DNA from: Calditrichia bacterium
Lineage (GTDB): Bacteria; Calditrichota; Calditrichia; RBG-13-44-9; J075
DNA: 32,552 nucleotides
Direction of reading: 5' to 3'
Assembly (NCBI GenBank): GCA_050633245.1
Contig: JBOEGD010000014.1
Coordinates: 73,981-106,532, forward strand
The position numbers were made by a program, and so were the translations under genes. The notes under the pieces were generated by a model, which saw nothing but the letters and a program-made list of their open reading frames with translations, ran no database searches and was not told where the DNA came from. Each line of letters starts with the position of its first letter. Position 1 is the first letter of the stretch. Positions 16,721 through 25,490 of this stretch are shown here, piece by piece.

Positions 16721-17125
16721 GCGTAGGACAGAGAGAAAAACAAAAAAAGAGGCATAAGACAAGCAAGGACGTTTGACTTTAAGAAAACAAGGACGTTGAC
16801 AGATGTTATTCAGACAAGGATGTTTGAAGTATAAACAATGATGTTTACAGGTTTAGCCAAGCAAGGATGTTTAGGTCGCAAACAAGGATGTAAGCAAGAG
16901 AATTCAAACAAGGATGTTTGAGAGTTACGAACAGGAACATTGACAAGTTTATTCAAACAAGGATGTTTGGGAACTATAGACAGGGACGTTGACCAGGCTA
17001 TTCAAACAGGGATGTTTGAGATGTTAGGCAACAGGGACGTTGGTACTAGCGGATTATAGGAAGTATAAGATGGTCTGGAATAGTTTCAACGCGCAGTCGT
17101 ATTTATACGGCTGCGCGTTCTTTTT
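16721..17125 (+). ncRNA. CsrB/RsmZ-like protein-sequestering sRNA (GGA-hairpin array), about 405 nt
   Basis: 10 exact CARGGAYGT copies, mostly capping short stems (e.g. TTCAAACA-AGGA-TGTTTGAG); 16 GGA on the + strand; bounded by a sigma54 promoter and an intrinsic terminator; no ORF of 60 aa or more across the array. Confidence 0.82.
17088..17125 (+). terminator. Intrinsic terminator of the putative sRNA
   Basis: 14-bp stem AACGCGCAGTCGTA / TACGGCTGCGCGTT with one U-G wobble that pairs only in the + RNA, UUUA loop, then CTTTTT. Confidence 0.88.
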
Positions 17126-17132
17126 GTAAGGC

Positions 17133-18401
17133 CTATGTTTTCAATTTCTTTTTCTTCGCCGCCGGGAAAAGAATATTATTCAAGATCAGACGATAGCCCG
17201 GACTGTTCTTATGAAGCTCCAGCTGAGTTGGGGGATCGCCTACAGCATGCGTATAGTCTTCGGGGTCATGTCCACCATAGAAAGTAAACGTACCTTTGCC
17301 GGAATTGCCATGAATATAGCGCACTTCATTGGTCCCTTCCACTTCTCCCATAACAACCAGTGAGGGCTTTAACAGCTCCCGGTTAAACATCGTTGTCTGT
17401 CCCATAAAACCCTTCACAATTCCCACATGATTTTGTGTCAGCATGGTAGGAACCGGATCGTACTTTGCAGAGAATTGAAACAGACTAAAATAATCGGTTT
17501 CGGGATCGCGAATGCGGGGCGCAAAGCTTGGAGGAATATCAATATCCGAGAATTCATAGAGATTGGGATCTGGATATAGCTTAAAATTGTGAAATGCAAG
17601 ACAGCGCGAATAGTCTAATTTGCCGGCGTAATCCGCCTGTGGCGAATCACCATCAAAGGGAACATCAACAATATCCAGCCCTTCAGCGGCTAAAGCAATG
17701 TCCAGAGCATCTGTCGCCGAGCACATCGCAAATACAAATCCACCACCATCGACATAGGCTTTTATTTCGCGCGCAACAGATTTTTTCAACTCTGAAACAC
17801 TGGGATATCCCATACGCTTTGCCATCGCTTCATTGGTGCGCACTTCTTCCAAATACCAAGCGGCATTGCGAAAAGCAGCGTAGAACTTTCCGAACTGGCC
17901 GGTAAAGTCCTCATGATGCAGATGCAGCCAATCGTAATCGTGCAGCTTATCGGTTAACACATCTTCATCATAAATTTTTTCGTATGGAATTTCAGAATAA
18001 ACCAGTGCCATGGTAACCGCATCATCCCATGGTTGTTTATTGGTCGGAGTATAGACGGCTATCTCCGGTGCTTTTTCCAACAGTACGCGATCCATATTTT
18101 CCGACTCAATGGTGGCATAAATGGAGTTTACTTCGCCAGCTCCAATCAATTCATATTTTACACCACGCACCCGACACTCGGCCTCAAGCCCCGGAAAAAC
18201 CGGCATTAAGAAAGATCCGCTACGGTAATTCAGCAGCCATTCCACATTGATGCCACGGTTAAGAGACCAAAAAGCAATACCATAGGCTTTCAAGTGATCG
18301 GATTGCACAAAATCCATTGGAACAAGGCAGTGCTGCGCAAAGCAAGGCACCATAGCCAGCCAAGTCAGTAGAAGTATGTTACGAAGACGTTGTCTTATCA
18401 T
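17133..18401 (-). CDS. Conserved exported protein of unknown function (FCB-type family) with GATase-like motifs
   Basis: Signal-peptide-like N-terminus; conserved blocks HLKAYG, WLLNYRSGSF, PWDDAVT, DWLHLHHEDFTGQ, FAMCSATD, GGHDPEDY, NSPGYRLILNN; ATGA overlap with the upstream TPR gene. Confidence 0.8.
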   Translation of the reverse strand: MIRQRLRNILLLTWLAMVPCFAQHCLVPMDFVQSDHLKAYGIAFWSLNRGINVEWLLNYRSGSFLMPVFPGLEAECRVRGVKYELIGAGEVNSIYATIESENMDRVLLEKAPEIAVYTPTNKQPWDDAVTMALVYSEIPYEKIYDEDVLTDKLHDYDWLHLHHEDFTGQFGKFYAAFRNAAWYLEEVRTNEAMAKRMGYPSVSELKKSVAREIKAYVDGGGFVFAMCSATDALDIALAAEGLDIVDVPFDGDSPQADYAGKLDYSRCLAFHNFKLYPDPNLYEFSDIDIPPSFAPRIRDPETDYFSLFQFSAKYDPVPTMLTQNHVGIVKGFMGQTTMFNRELLKPSLVVMGEVEGTNEVRYIHGNSGKGTFTFYGGHDPEDYTHAVGDPPTQLELHKNSPGYRLILNNILFPAAKKKKLKT

Positions 18402-20251
18402 TGGACGATATCCGGGTTTTCCTGACGAATAGTTTTCAGTCGTTCTCTTGTTGCCGCAACATGCCGGCTGGCGGGATAATCGCTGAGCAACTGATCGTAT
18501 AATTTATAGGCTTGCGGTAAATCATTCAGCTTGTTTTCCAAGACTGAGGCCATAAAAAAGAGCGCTTGGTCGGCATAGGTTGCCAGGTTGTTATCTTGCA
18601 AAACCTGCTTGCAATACTCGAGCGCTTCGGCATGACGGCCGGATTCAGAAGAAAGATGTGCAGCTTCAAGCAATATTCGAATACGAAATGCATCTTCCGG
18701 GTTCTTGTCGAGTGCATTCTGCAATTTACTTACCGCTTCCGATTTCTTTCTGCTAAACAAAAGCTGATCTGCACGTGCATATTCTCTCAGTGCGTCCACA
18801 GATTGATCTTTGAAAACCAACAGCATCTGCAAATTCAAAGCATCATTTGTGGCAGTCCCGGAAAAGCCCTGTAGCTGCAGCACCTTATCCAACATCTCGG
18901 CAGCCCCGTCATAATCGCCGTCATAGAAAGCAATACGCCCCTTCAATAAAAGAGCATAAGCCTGTTGTTCCGCATTTGTTTTTGTTAAAAGCGGCTCCAG
19001 AGTCTTACCGGCTTTTTTTAAATCACCCTTAATAATATAGCTTTCCCCGGCACGAAGGGTGGCCTGAGAAAATAGTTTTTCATTTTTAACATTGTCTTTA
19101 GCGATGGCCTCATAAATACCAATTGCACGATCCAGATCGAAAAAGAACTCGCGATGAATATCACCTTCCAGCAGTATCATCTGGGGCAACTGCGGATGTT
19201 TCGGATAGTTTGAACGCACCTTTTCTATCATGCGAATAGATTTGCCGGCATATTCCTGATCATTATTTTTCCGTGCCAGCTCGAGGTTGCAGGTTGCAGC
19301 GCCCAGGTAGGCCGGTAGCAAACTACGGGAATTAGGAAATTGCTCGATCGCCTGGTCGTATGCCTTCAACGCAAGTTCATAGAGCGAATCGTTTTGAACA
19401 GCACGACCAAAGTCGATTAAGAATCGCCCTTTGGTTTTATCATTTTCGAGCTTACGATAAGTTGCCAACGCATCATCATAGCGACGATATTTCTGATAAA
19501 ACTTGGCTGCAACAATCTGAACTTCCTGTACCTTTTTGTATTTTTGCGTCTTAGTGCGCATCTGCTTAACCACTTTATGAATACGCTCGGGCTCAATTTT
19601 CATTGACAATAGTTGGCGCATTGCAATTTCATAGTTCTTACGATCTTCTTTCACAAAGCGTAAATAATAGTCGAGCGCATTTTCATAATCGAGTCGACGT
19701 TGATAAAAGTTCGCTATTTCGCGCAGCAAAAAATGTTTTTTGGGATGCTGCTTATAAGCTTCCTTAAACATTTCAATTGCTTCTTCATAAAGACGATTTA
19801 CGAGCATTTTATTGGCAACCATGGTAAACACGCCAACATTTTTACCGTGTTCTTTCAGCACCTCACGCCAGATTCCCATGGCCTCTTCTTTGCGATCGGA
19901 CTTGAAAAGTATCCCACCATAATCAACATCGTATCTTGGATTGGGGGCCGCCGCTTGTTTTTGTGACTCAATAAGTGCCAGAGCTTCGGTGTACAAGGCA
20001 AGCTGACCATACGATTCCAATAGTTCCTGATAGATCTGCAAACTGCCTGGATTTTTTTGATAGAGCGGGACCAACAGCTTAACGGCACTCTGATGTTCAT
20101 TTCGACGCTGGTAGTTTTGCGCCAGGCGCAGCTGCTGTCTTTCCATTGCCTTCTTACGAGCCTCCGGCGTCGGCTGTTGATTTTGTGCTATCGCAGTGCT
20201 ACCAAGAAAACAAGCGAGCAAGACAAGGCTATATATTTGGATGCTTTTCAT
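18398..20251 (-). CDS. Secreted multi-TPR protein
   Basis: Signal peptide MKSIQIYSLVLLACFLGSTAIA-Q; many TPR units, including BamD/CpoB-like YxxLLxDYPxS; start placed at ATG 20251 with GAGGT SD. Confidence 0.85.
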   Translation of the reverse strand: MKSIQIYSLVLLACFLGSTAIAQNQQPTPEARKKAMERQQLRLAQNYQRRNEHQSAVKLLVPLYQKNPGSLQIYQELLESYGQLALYTEALALIESQKQAAAPNPRYDVDYGGILFKSDRKEEAMGIWREVLKEHGKNVGVFTMVANKMLVNRLYEEAIEMFKEAYKQHPKKHFLLREIANFYQRRLDYENALDYYLRFVKEDRKNYEIAMRQLLSMKIEPERIHKVVKQMRTKTQKYKKVQEVQIVAAKFYQKYRRYDDALATYRKLENDKTKGRFLIDFGRAVQNDSLYELALKAYDQAIEQFPNSRSLLPAYLGAATCNLELARKNNDQEYAGKSIRMIEKVRSNYPKHPQLPQMILLEGDIHREFFFDLDRAIGIYEAIAKDNVKNEKLFSQATLRAGESYIIKGDLKKAGKTLEPLLTKTNAEQQAYALLLKGRIAFYDGDYDGAAEMLDKVLQLQGFSGTATNDALNLQMLLVFKDQSVDALREYARADQLLFSRKKSEAVSKLQNALDKNPEDAFRIRILLEAAHLSSESGRHAEALEYCKQVLQDNNLATYADQALFFMASVLENKLNDLPQAYKLYDQLLSDYPASRHVAATRERLKTIRQENPDIVQ

Positions 20252-20258
20252 AGATACC

Positions 20259-21461
20259 TCAATCAAATTTTGCGGCGATGGCATCAGCCATTAGCCAACC
20301 ATCCGTTGTTAAACGTAAACAACCGTCTTTTTGTTCAATCAATCCCTGAGCTCTCAATTCGGCAAGCGGTTTGGGATACACATCTTCCAACCGACGTCCA
20401 AAGCGCTCTTCAAATCGCTTTAGATAGATACCTGAACGCAGACGCAATCCCAGAAAGATTGTCTCGAACATCAACTCTTTTTCAGAAAGCTTCTCATCTA
20501 AATCCCGCGAAAATCGGCCAGCGGCAATATCTTTTATATAGGCCATAACCGACCGTTTATTGGAATAGCGGTTTACTCCGTCGAATGAATGCGCAGACGG
20601 ACCAAATCCAAAGTACGGTTCATGCTGCCAATAGAGCAAGTTATGTCGGCAAACATAGGCCTCTTGACGTGCAAAGTTAGAGATTTCGTATTGCCGATAG
20701 CCACGTGCTTCCAAAGTCTCACGAGCCATTTCGTAATATGTTGCTTCTTCCTCATTAGCCAGTGGGCTTACCTCACCCTTTTTCATTCGCTTATACAAAA
20801 TGGTTCCAGGTTCAAAAATAAGCGTGTAACAGGAAAGATGTTCGGTATTGAAAGACAGCGCCTTATCGAGGCTATGCTGAAATGAATCTGGGGTAATGCC
20901 CGGAAAAGATGTCATGAGGTCAATGTTCAAGCTATCAAACCCGGCGTTACGGGCAAATGTGACATTCTCTTCCACATCGGAAACGCTGTGTATGCGCCCA
21001 AGGAATTTAAGCTCGGACTCGACAAAACTTTGCACTCCCATGCTCAAACGATTAAATCCCAGGTCTCGCAAAAAAGCCAGCTTATCGTAACCGAGATCGC
21101 CGGGATTGGCTTCAATGGTTATCTGAGCATCAGGTTTAATTTGGAAACAGCGGTTCATGGTTTGCCAGATATCAGATAACTGTTGAGTGCTTAGCAAAGA
21201 CGGCGTACCGCCACCAAAGAAAACCGTGGTAAACAGCTTGTCTTTTAACGCAGGTGCTGCAAGCTCCATTTCTTTTTGAAGCGCCAATACAAATTCATCG
21301 ACCTGATCAAATTGTGTGATGGAGTAGAAGTCGCAATACTCGCACTTACGAATACAAAACGGAATGTGCACGTACAGCCCGTTTTGCTTTAGAAAGGCCG
21401 GTTTAGTGATCGCCCATTCAAATGTATTTGCAGAAGCTGTTGGTTCAGATAAGTAGCTCAT
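20259..21461 (-). CDS. hemW: Radical SAM heme chaperone HemW (HemN-like)
   Basis: YVHIPFCIRKCEYCDF (CxxxCxxC), GGGTPS, EANP, NRLSMGVQSF, YEISNFA, HNLLYW (HNxxYW); ATG 21461 overlaps the lepB stop (TAATG). Confidence 0.9.
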   Translation of the reverse strand: MSYLSEPTASANTFEWAITKPAFLKQNGLYVHIPFCIRKCEYCDFYSITQFDQVDEFVLALQKEMELAAPALKDKLFTTVFFGGGTPSLLSTQQLSDIWQTMNRCFQIKPDAQITIEANPGDLGYDKLAFLRDLGFNRLSMGVQSFVESELKFLGRIHSVSDVEENVTFARNAGFDSLNIDLMTSFPGITPDSFQHSLDKALSFNTEHLSCYTLIFEPGTILYKRMKKGEVSPLANEEEATYYEMARETLEARGYRQYEISNFARQEAYVCRHNLLYWQHEPYFGFGPSAHSFDGVNRYSNKRSVMAYIKDIAAGRFSRDLDEKLSEKELMFETIFLGLRLRSGIYLKRFEERFGRRLEDVYPKPLAELRAQGLIEQKDGCLRLTTDGWLMADAIAAKFD

Positions 21462-22186
21462 TAGCGCACCACTCTGCCAAGACGTTCCCAACGAATGCGG
21501 CCAAAGGTTTTTTCACCCGTTGGGTCTGTTTCCAAAGAGAGGTAAGTAATCAGTGGCTTTCCTACAATATTCTGTTCCGGAACAAATCCCCAGTTTCGAC
21601 TGTCTTCGCTCTTGTCGCGGTTATCACCGAGGACAAAATATGAATTTGCTGCGACAAGCAACGGACCAAAATTATCTCTGCTACCAAGTTCAGGCTGAAA
21701 CAGTTCATAGCTTTTTTCTTCACGCGTACGAATATCGGAAGAGGTTTTTAACCCTTCGGGCTCGACCATCTGCCTTCCATCGACATATACCGTTTTATTA
21801 AGGATTTCAACACTCTGATGCTCTACCGCAATACAGCGTTTTATATATTCCAACTTAGGGTTTCGCGGAAAGCGAAAGACAAAGATGTCGTTTGATTTGG
21901 GCGTATCGAGAGGGGGGAAACGATAGCGGATCCAGGATGGGGTTTCAAAACCGGTTGGCACGTACCAATCTTTTCCGCGCGTGAAGGGAATGCCAATCCA
22001 TTCCGGGACTTCTGCACCATACACAAACTTATTTACCAGCAGAAAGTCACCGACTTGCAGGGTCTCTTCCATCGAGCCGCTGGGAATCTTATAAGCGGCA
22101 ATAACAAACTGACGGAGAACAAGAGCAATAAACAATGCAATGCCGATTGCCCGAAAGGTATCGAAAAGCTTCGTACTTTTTTTCAT
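21461..22186 (-). CDS. lepB: Signal peptidase I (copy 2)
   Basis: IPSGSM (catalytic Ser), GDFLLVNKF, YIKRC (catalytic Lys), LGDNRDKSEDSRNWG. Confidence 0.93.
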   Translation of the reverse strand: MKKSTKLFDTFRAIGIALFIALVLRQFVIAAYKIPSGSMEETLQVGDFLLVNKFVYGAEVPEWIGIPFTRGKDWYVPTGFETPSWIRYRFPPLDTPKSNDIFVFRFPRNPKLEYIKRCIAVEHQSVEILNKTVYVDGRQMVEPEGLKTSSDIRTREEKSYELFQPELGSRDNFGPLLVAANSYFVLGDNRDKSEDSRNWGFVPEQNIVGKPLITYLSLETDPTGEKTFGRIRWERLGRVVR

Positions 22187-22199
22187 TCAGTTTCGAGCA

Positions 22200-22931
22200 T
22201 TAACGAATAACTTTGCCCAAACGCTCCCAACGTACTTTTTTACCAAATCCGGATCCATAACTATTCCATGACAACCAGATGATCAGTGGTTTGCCAACAA
22301 CCAGGTCATCCGGAACAAAACCCCAGCTGCGGCTGTCTTCGCTATTATCGCGATTATCGCCCATCATAAAATAGTGATCTTCCGGCACAGTAACAGGATC
22401 AGCGTTATTCCACTGATATTGGCCATCTTTAAACTGTCGAATAGTATAATTCTTGTCATTTTCACGCTTAATTTCGGTGTAGTTCACCTGGTGCTGACTA
22501 CGCAAATCATATTTCGAGCTGATAAAATGCCGCTGGCCTTCCGGCTTTTGGTCGACAAACACCTCACCGTTTCGCAGTTCGATACTTCTGCCGCCGGTTG
22601 CCATGCATCGTTTAATATAATCCAGCCACGGCTTCTTGGGATATTCAAAAACCACAATATCGCCTTCTTCGGGATCAACAAATCCGGGGAGTTTAAAAAA
22701 TGGAAGGCGAACTCCGGTATCAGTAAAGGGAATGCCAAGCCAGGTCGGCGTACGTGCGCCATACACAAATTTATTAACGAACATAAAGTCGCCAATCATA
22801 ATGGTGTCCTTCATCGAGCCGGTCGGGACATTATATGAGGCAAGCACAAACTGTCGTAAAATTAATGCGGCAATAAAAGCAATCAGAATAGACTTAAAGC
22901 TTTCAAACTGCCTTTTCCGTGGTTTTTCCAA
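22200..22931 (-). CDS. lepB: Signal peptidase I (copy 1)
   Basis: VPTGSM, GDFMFVNKF, YIKRC, MGDNRDNSEDSRSWG; TTG start with GGAGG SD. Confidence 0.93.
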   Translation of the reverse strand: MEKPRKRQFESFKSILIAFIAALILRQFVLASYNVPTGSMKDTIMIGDFMFVNKFVYGARTPTWLGIPFTDTGVRLPFFKLPGFVDPEEGDIVVFEYPKKPWLDYIKRCMATGGRSIELRNGEVFVDQKPEGQRHFISSKYDLRSQHQVNYTEIKRENDKNYTIRQFKDGQYQWNNADPVTVPEDHYFMMGDNRDNSEDSRSWGFVPDDLVVGKPLIIWLSWNSYGSGFGKKVRWERLGKVIR

Positions 22932-22992
22932 GGAGTAAATCCTCCACTATCATCTTCGTTATTATTCGCGAAATCGGGTAAAAAGTTTCTCT

Positions 22993-24795
22993 TTAATCCT
23001 CATCGGCTGATAGAACAGCGAGGAATGCTTCCTGCGGAATCTCGACACGCCCAACCTGTTTCATTCGCTTTTTACCTTCTTTTTGCTTCTCGAGCAGTTT
23101 ACGCTTACGCGTAATATCACCGCCATAACACTTGGCAGTTACATTCTTTCTGAGCGCCTTCACCGTCTCGCGGGCAATTACTTTACTGCCAAGGCTTGCC
23201 TGAATGGCTACCTCGAACATCTGACGCGGAATGAGTTTACGTAACTTTCGGCAGATTGACTTACCGATGTCGAACGCGCGTTCCTGGTGTACAATCAGAG
23301 AGAGCGCATCAAGCGGCTCACCGTTTATCAGGATGTCCAACTTGGACAACTTAGACTGCTCGTATCCCTTAAAGTCGTAATCTAATGACGCATAGCCACG
23401 AGTTACCGACTTTAAGCGATCATAAAAATCGAATACAACCTCTGCAAGCGGTAGCTTATAATGCAGGTCTGCACGGGTTGGGTCGAGATAGGACTGGTTA
23501 ATCAACTGTCCACGTTTCTCGGTACATAACTTCATGATATTGCCGATGTATTCGGGAGGTGTAATCAAGTGAGCATCGATCATTGGCTCTTCGAGCTTCT
23601 CGATACGCCCCGGATCGGGCATTTCAGACGGATTGTCGATAAAGGATTCTTTACCATCAGTGGTAAGAACACGATAAACTACGTTCGGCGTGGTAACAAT
23701 AATGGTTTGATCAAACTCGCGTTCCAAACGTTCCTGCACAATTTCCATATGCAGCAGGCCAAGAAAGCCACAGCGAAAGCCAAATCCAAGCGCAGACGAT
23801 GTTTCCGGCTCGTACTGCAGAGAAGAATCGTTTAGCACCAGCTTTTCAAGAGAGGTTCGCAAATTCTCAAAGTCCTGATTTTCAATCGGGTAAATACCGG
23901 CAAAAACCATTGGCTTAACCTGGCGATAACCGGCAAGCGCTTCAACAGCACCGTCCTTTGCATGCGTTACGGTATCACCAACCTTTACATCCCGGACGTC
24001 TTTAGCCCCACAAATCAAATAACCTACTTCACCGGTTTCAATAACCTTACTACGCACGCGTTTTAGCAGCAGCGTGCCGAGTTCTTCAACCTCGTATTCT
24101 TTACCGGTCTGCATGAAAACAATTTTATCTTTTTCGCGAATCGTACCGGCGATAACCCTCACCAAAGCAATCACTCCGCGATAACTGTCAAAATTTGAAT
24201 CGAAGATTAGTGCCTGAAGCGGTACGTCGGATTCACCTATCGGCTCGGGCACGCGTTCAATAATGGCTTCCAGAATCTCGGGAACACCCATACCTGTTTT
24301 TGCGCTCGCGTGCAAAATTTCTTCCGGATCACAACCAATAAGGTCAACAATTTGCTGGGTTACACGTTCGGGGTCCGCTCCGGGCAGGTCTATTTTGTTT
24401 ATAACCGGCACAATAATCAGATCGTTATCAATCGCCTGATAGAGGTTGCTGATGGTTTGCGCTTCTACCCCCTGCGACGCATCGACTAAAAGCAATGCAC
24501 CTTCTACAGCAGCAAGGGTTCGCGAGACTTCATAGGCGAAGTCAACATGTCCCGGTGTATCAACCAGGTTCAATGTATAGGTATCACCATCTTCGGCTTT
24601 ATAATCCAAGCGAATCGCGTGAGACTTAATCGTAATACCACGCTCGCGCTCTATATCCATGCTATCGAGCACTTGAGCCTGCATCTCACGATCCTGCAGC
24701 GTTCCCGTTGCTTCCAGCAAACGATCAGCTAGTGTAGATTTTCCATGATCAATGTGTGCGATGATGCAAAAATTGCGAATCTTATTTATACTCAT
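22993..24795 (-). CDS. lepA: Elongation factor 4 (LepA)
   Basis: [70 protein letters not shown]; start placed at ATG 24795 (600 aa). Confidence 0.97.
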   Translation of the reverse strand: MSINKIRNFCIIAHIDHGKSTLADRLLEATGTLQDREMQAQVLDSMDIERERGITIKSHAIRLDYKAEDGDTYTLNLVDTPGHVDFAYEVSRTLAAVEGALLLVDASQGVEAQTISNLYQAIDNDLIIVPVINKIDLPGADPERVTQQIVDLIGCDPEEILHASAKTGMGVPEILEAIIERVPEPIGESDVPLQALIFDSNFDSYRGVIALVRVIAGTIREKDKIVFMQTGKEYEVEELGTLLLKRVRSKVIETGEVGYLICGAKDVRDVKVGDTVTHAKDGAVEALAGYRQVKPMVFAGIYPIENQDFENLRTSLEKLVLNDSSLQYEPETSSALGFGFRCGFLGLLHMEIVQERLEREFDQTIIVTTPNVVYRVLTTDGKESFIDNPSEMPDPGRIEKLEEPMIDAHLITPPEYIGNIMKLCTEKRGQLINQSYLDPTRADLHYKLPLAEVVFDFYDRLKSVTRGYASLDYDFKGYEQSKLSKLDILINGEPLDALSLIVHQERAFDIGKSICRKLRKLIPRQMFEVAIQASLGSKVIARETVKALRKNVTAKCYGGDITRKRKLLEKQKEGKKRMKQVGRVEIPQEAFLAVLSADED

Positions 24796-24865
24796 AATCG
24801 ATCTTTTTTCCTTCAGTGAGGCGTTAGGAACGCCTTTTTTAAGCCAAGCTTTTCTATAGCCTGAT

Positions 24866-24894
24866 AAAATACAATAAAACCTTCTGCAAGTCAA
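24866..24894 (-). promoter_or_regulatory. Sigma70-type promoter of the lepA operon
   Basis: Minus strand TTGACT, 17-bp spacer, TATTTT; about 70 bp upstream of the lepA ATG. Confidence 0.6.
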
Positions 24895-24995
24895 TCACTA
24901 ACAACTTCAAATAATGCAGCTATCAGCCAGATCACCGATTATATTTCGAATAAGAATTCAATCCTTAAACTCCCGAAAAAAACAGTGGAGTCACT

Positions 24996-25490
24996 ATGAT
25001 TATTGCTCTGATTTCCGGCATTCACGGCCATCGCAAAAAGCCGGATTCTGCACTTAAGGCTGTGGAACATGCGGCGGTATTAAGCTGCCTTGGCAATATT
25101 TGCTCATCGTCTATTACGCGAGGTTTAAGTGAGGGTTTTTCCGATCCGATTCACGTTGTTTTTGTCAACAATGACGGCGACCTGTTCCGCATCACACAAA
25201 CCGCGAAAAACTTTACTAATATTACTCTGCACGGTGGGATAACCGAGCTGCTACAAAACGGAAAGCGCATTACGCACTATGATACAGCTGTCCGCATGCT
25301 CGCGCCATCGGATACTTATGTTCTGATCTGCTTTGGCCATACCCTTACGTATGAAGTTAGCCATCATAAAAAGACACTGCTTAGCTATCCCGGTGAGGCA
25401 ATGGGTGAATTAGCCGAAGGTGGAAGTTGCGTATTGTATTCGCCTGAAACCAACACCAGCACAAAAACAATGAATAGCGAGGCATCATGA
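24996..25490 (+). pseudogene. Degenerate YfcE-like metallophosphoesterase (open frame, most metal ligands lost)
   Basis: Motif remnants ISGIHG (for DxH), CLGNI (for GD), VNND (for GNND), ITHY, GHTL (for GHTH), YPGE (for NPG); GGAG SD intact. Confidence 0.6.

Noticed and set aside
16424-16766. Short ORFs 16424-16627, 16459-16719 and 16470-16766
   Set aside because: Non-ATG starts, biased composition from A/T tracts, mutual overlap and overlap with the promoter region; likely spurious.
16760-17043. CRISPR array reading of the repeated ACAAGGATGTTT motif
   Set aside because: The period is only ~21-27 nt, linkers are ~5-12 nt and partly repeated, repeats are degenerate, and no cas genes are present.
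16760-17043. Type III antitoxin repeats or replication iterons
   Set aside because: No adjacent toxin or Rep gene; G-U-compatible stem variation, GGA loops and a promoter/terminator pair fit a CsrA-binding RNA better.
20057-20548. Antisense or alternate-frame ORFs such as 20057-20548, 22374-22838 and 14472-14870
   Set aside because: They lie within well-supported genes on the other strand and have no recognisable motifs.
24796-24894. N-terminal extension of LepA in the ORF track
   Set aside because: The TTG at 24894 is the -35 box; LepA homology starts at ATG 24795.
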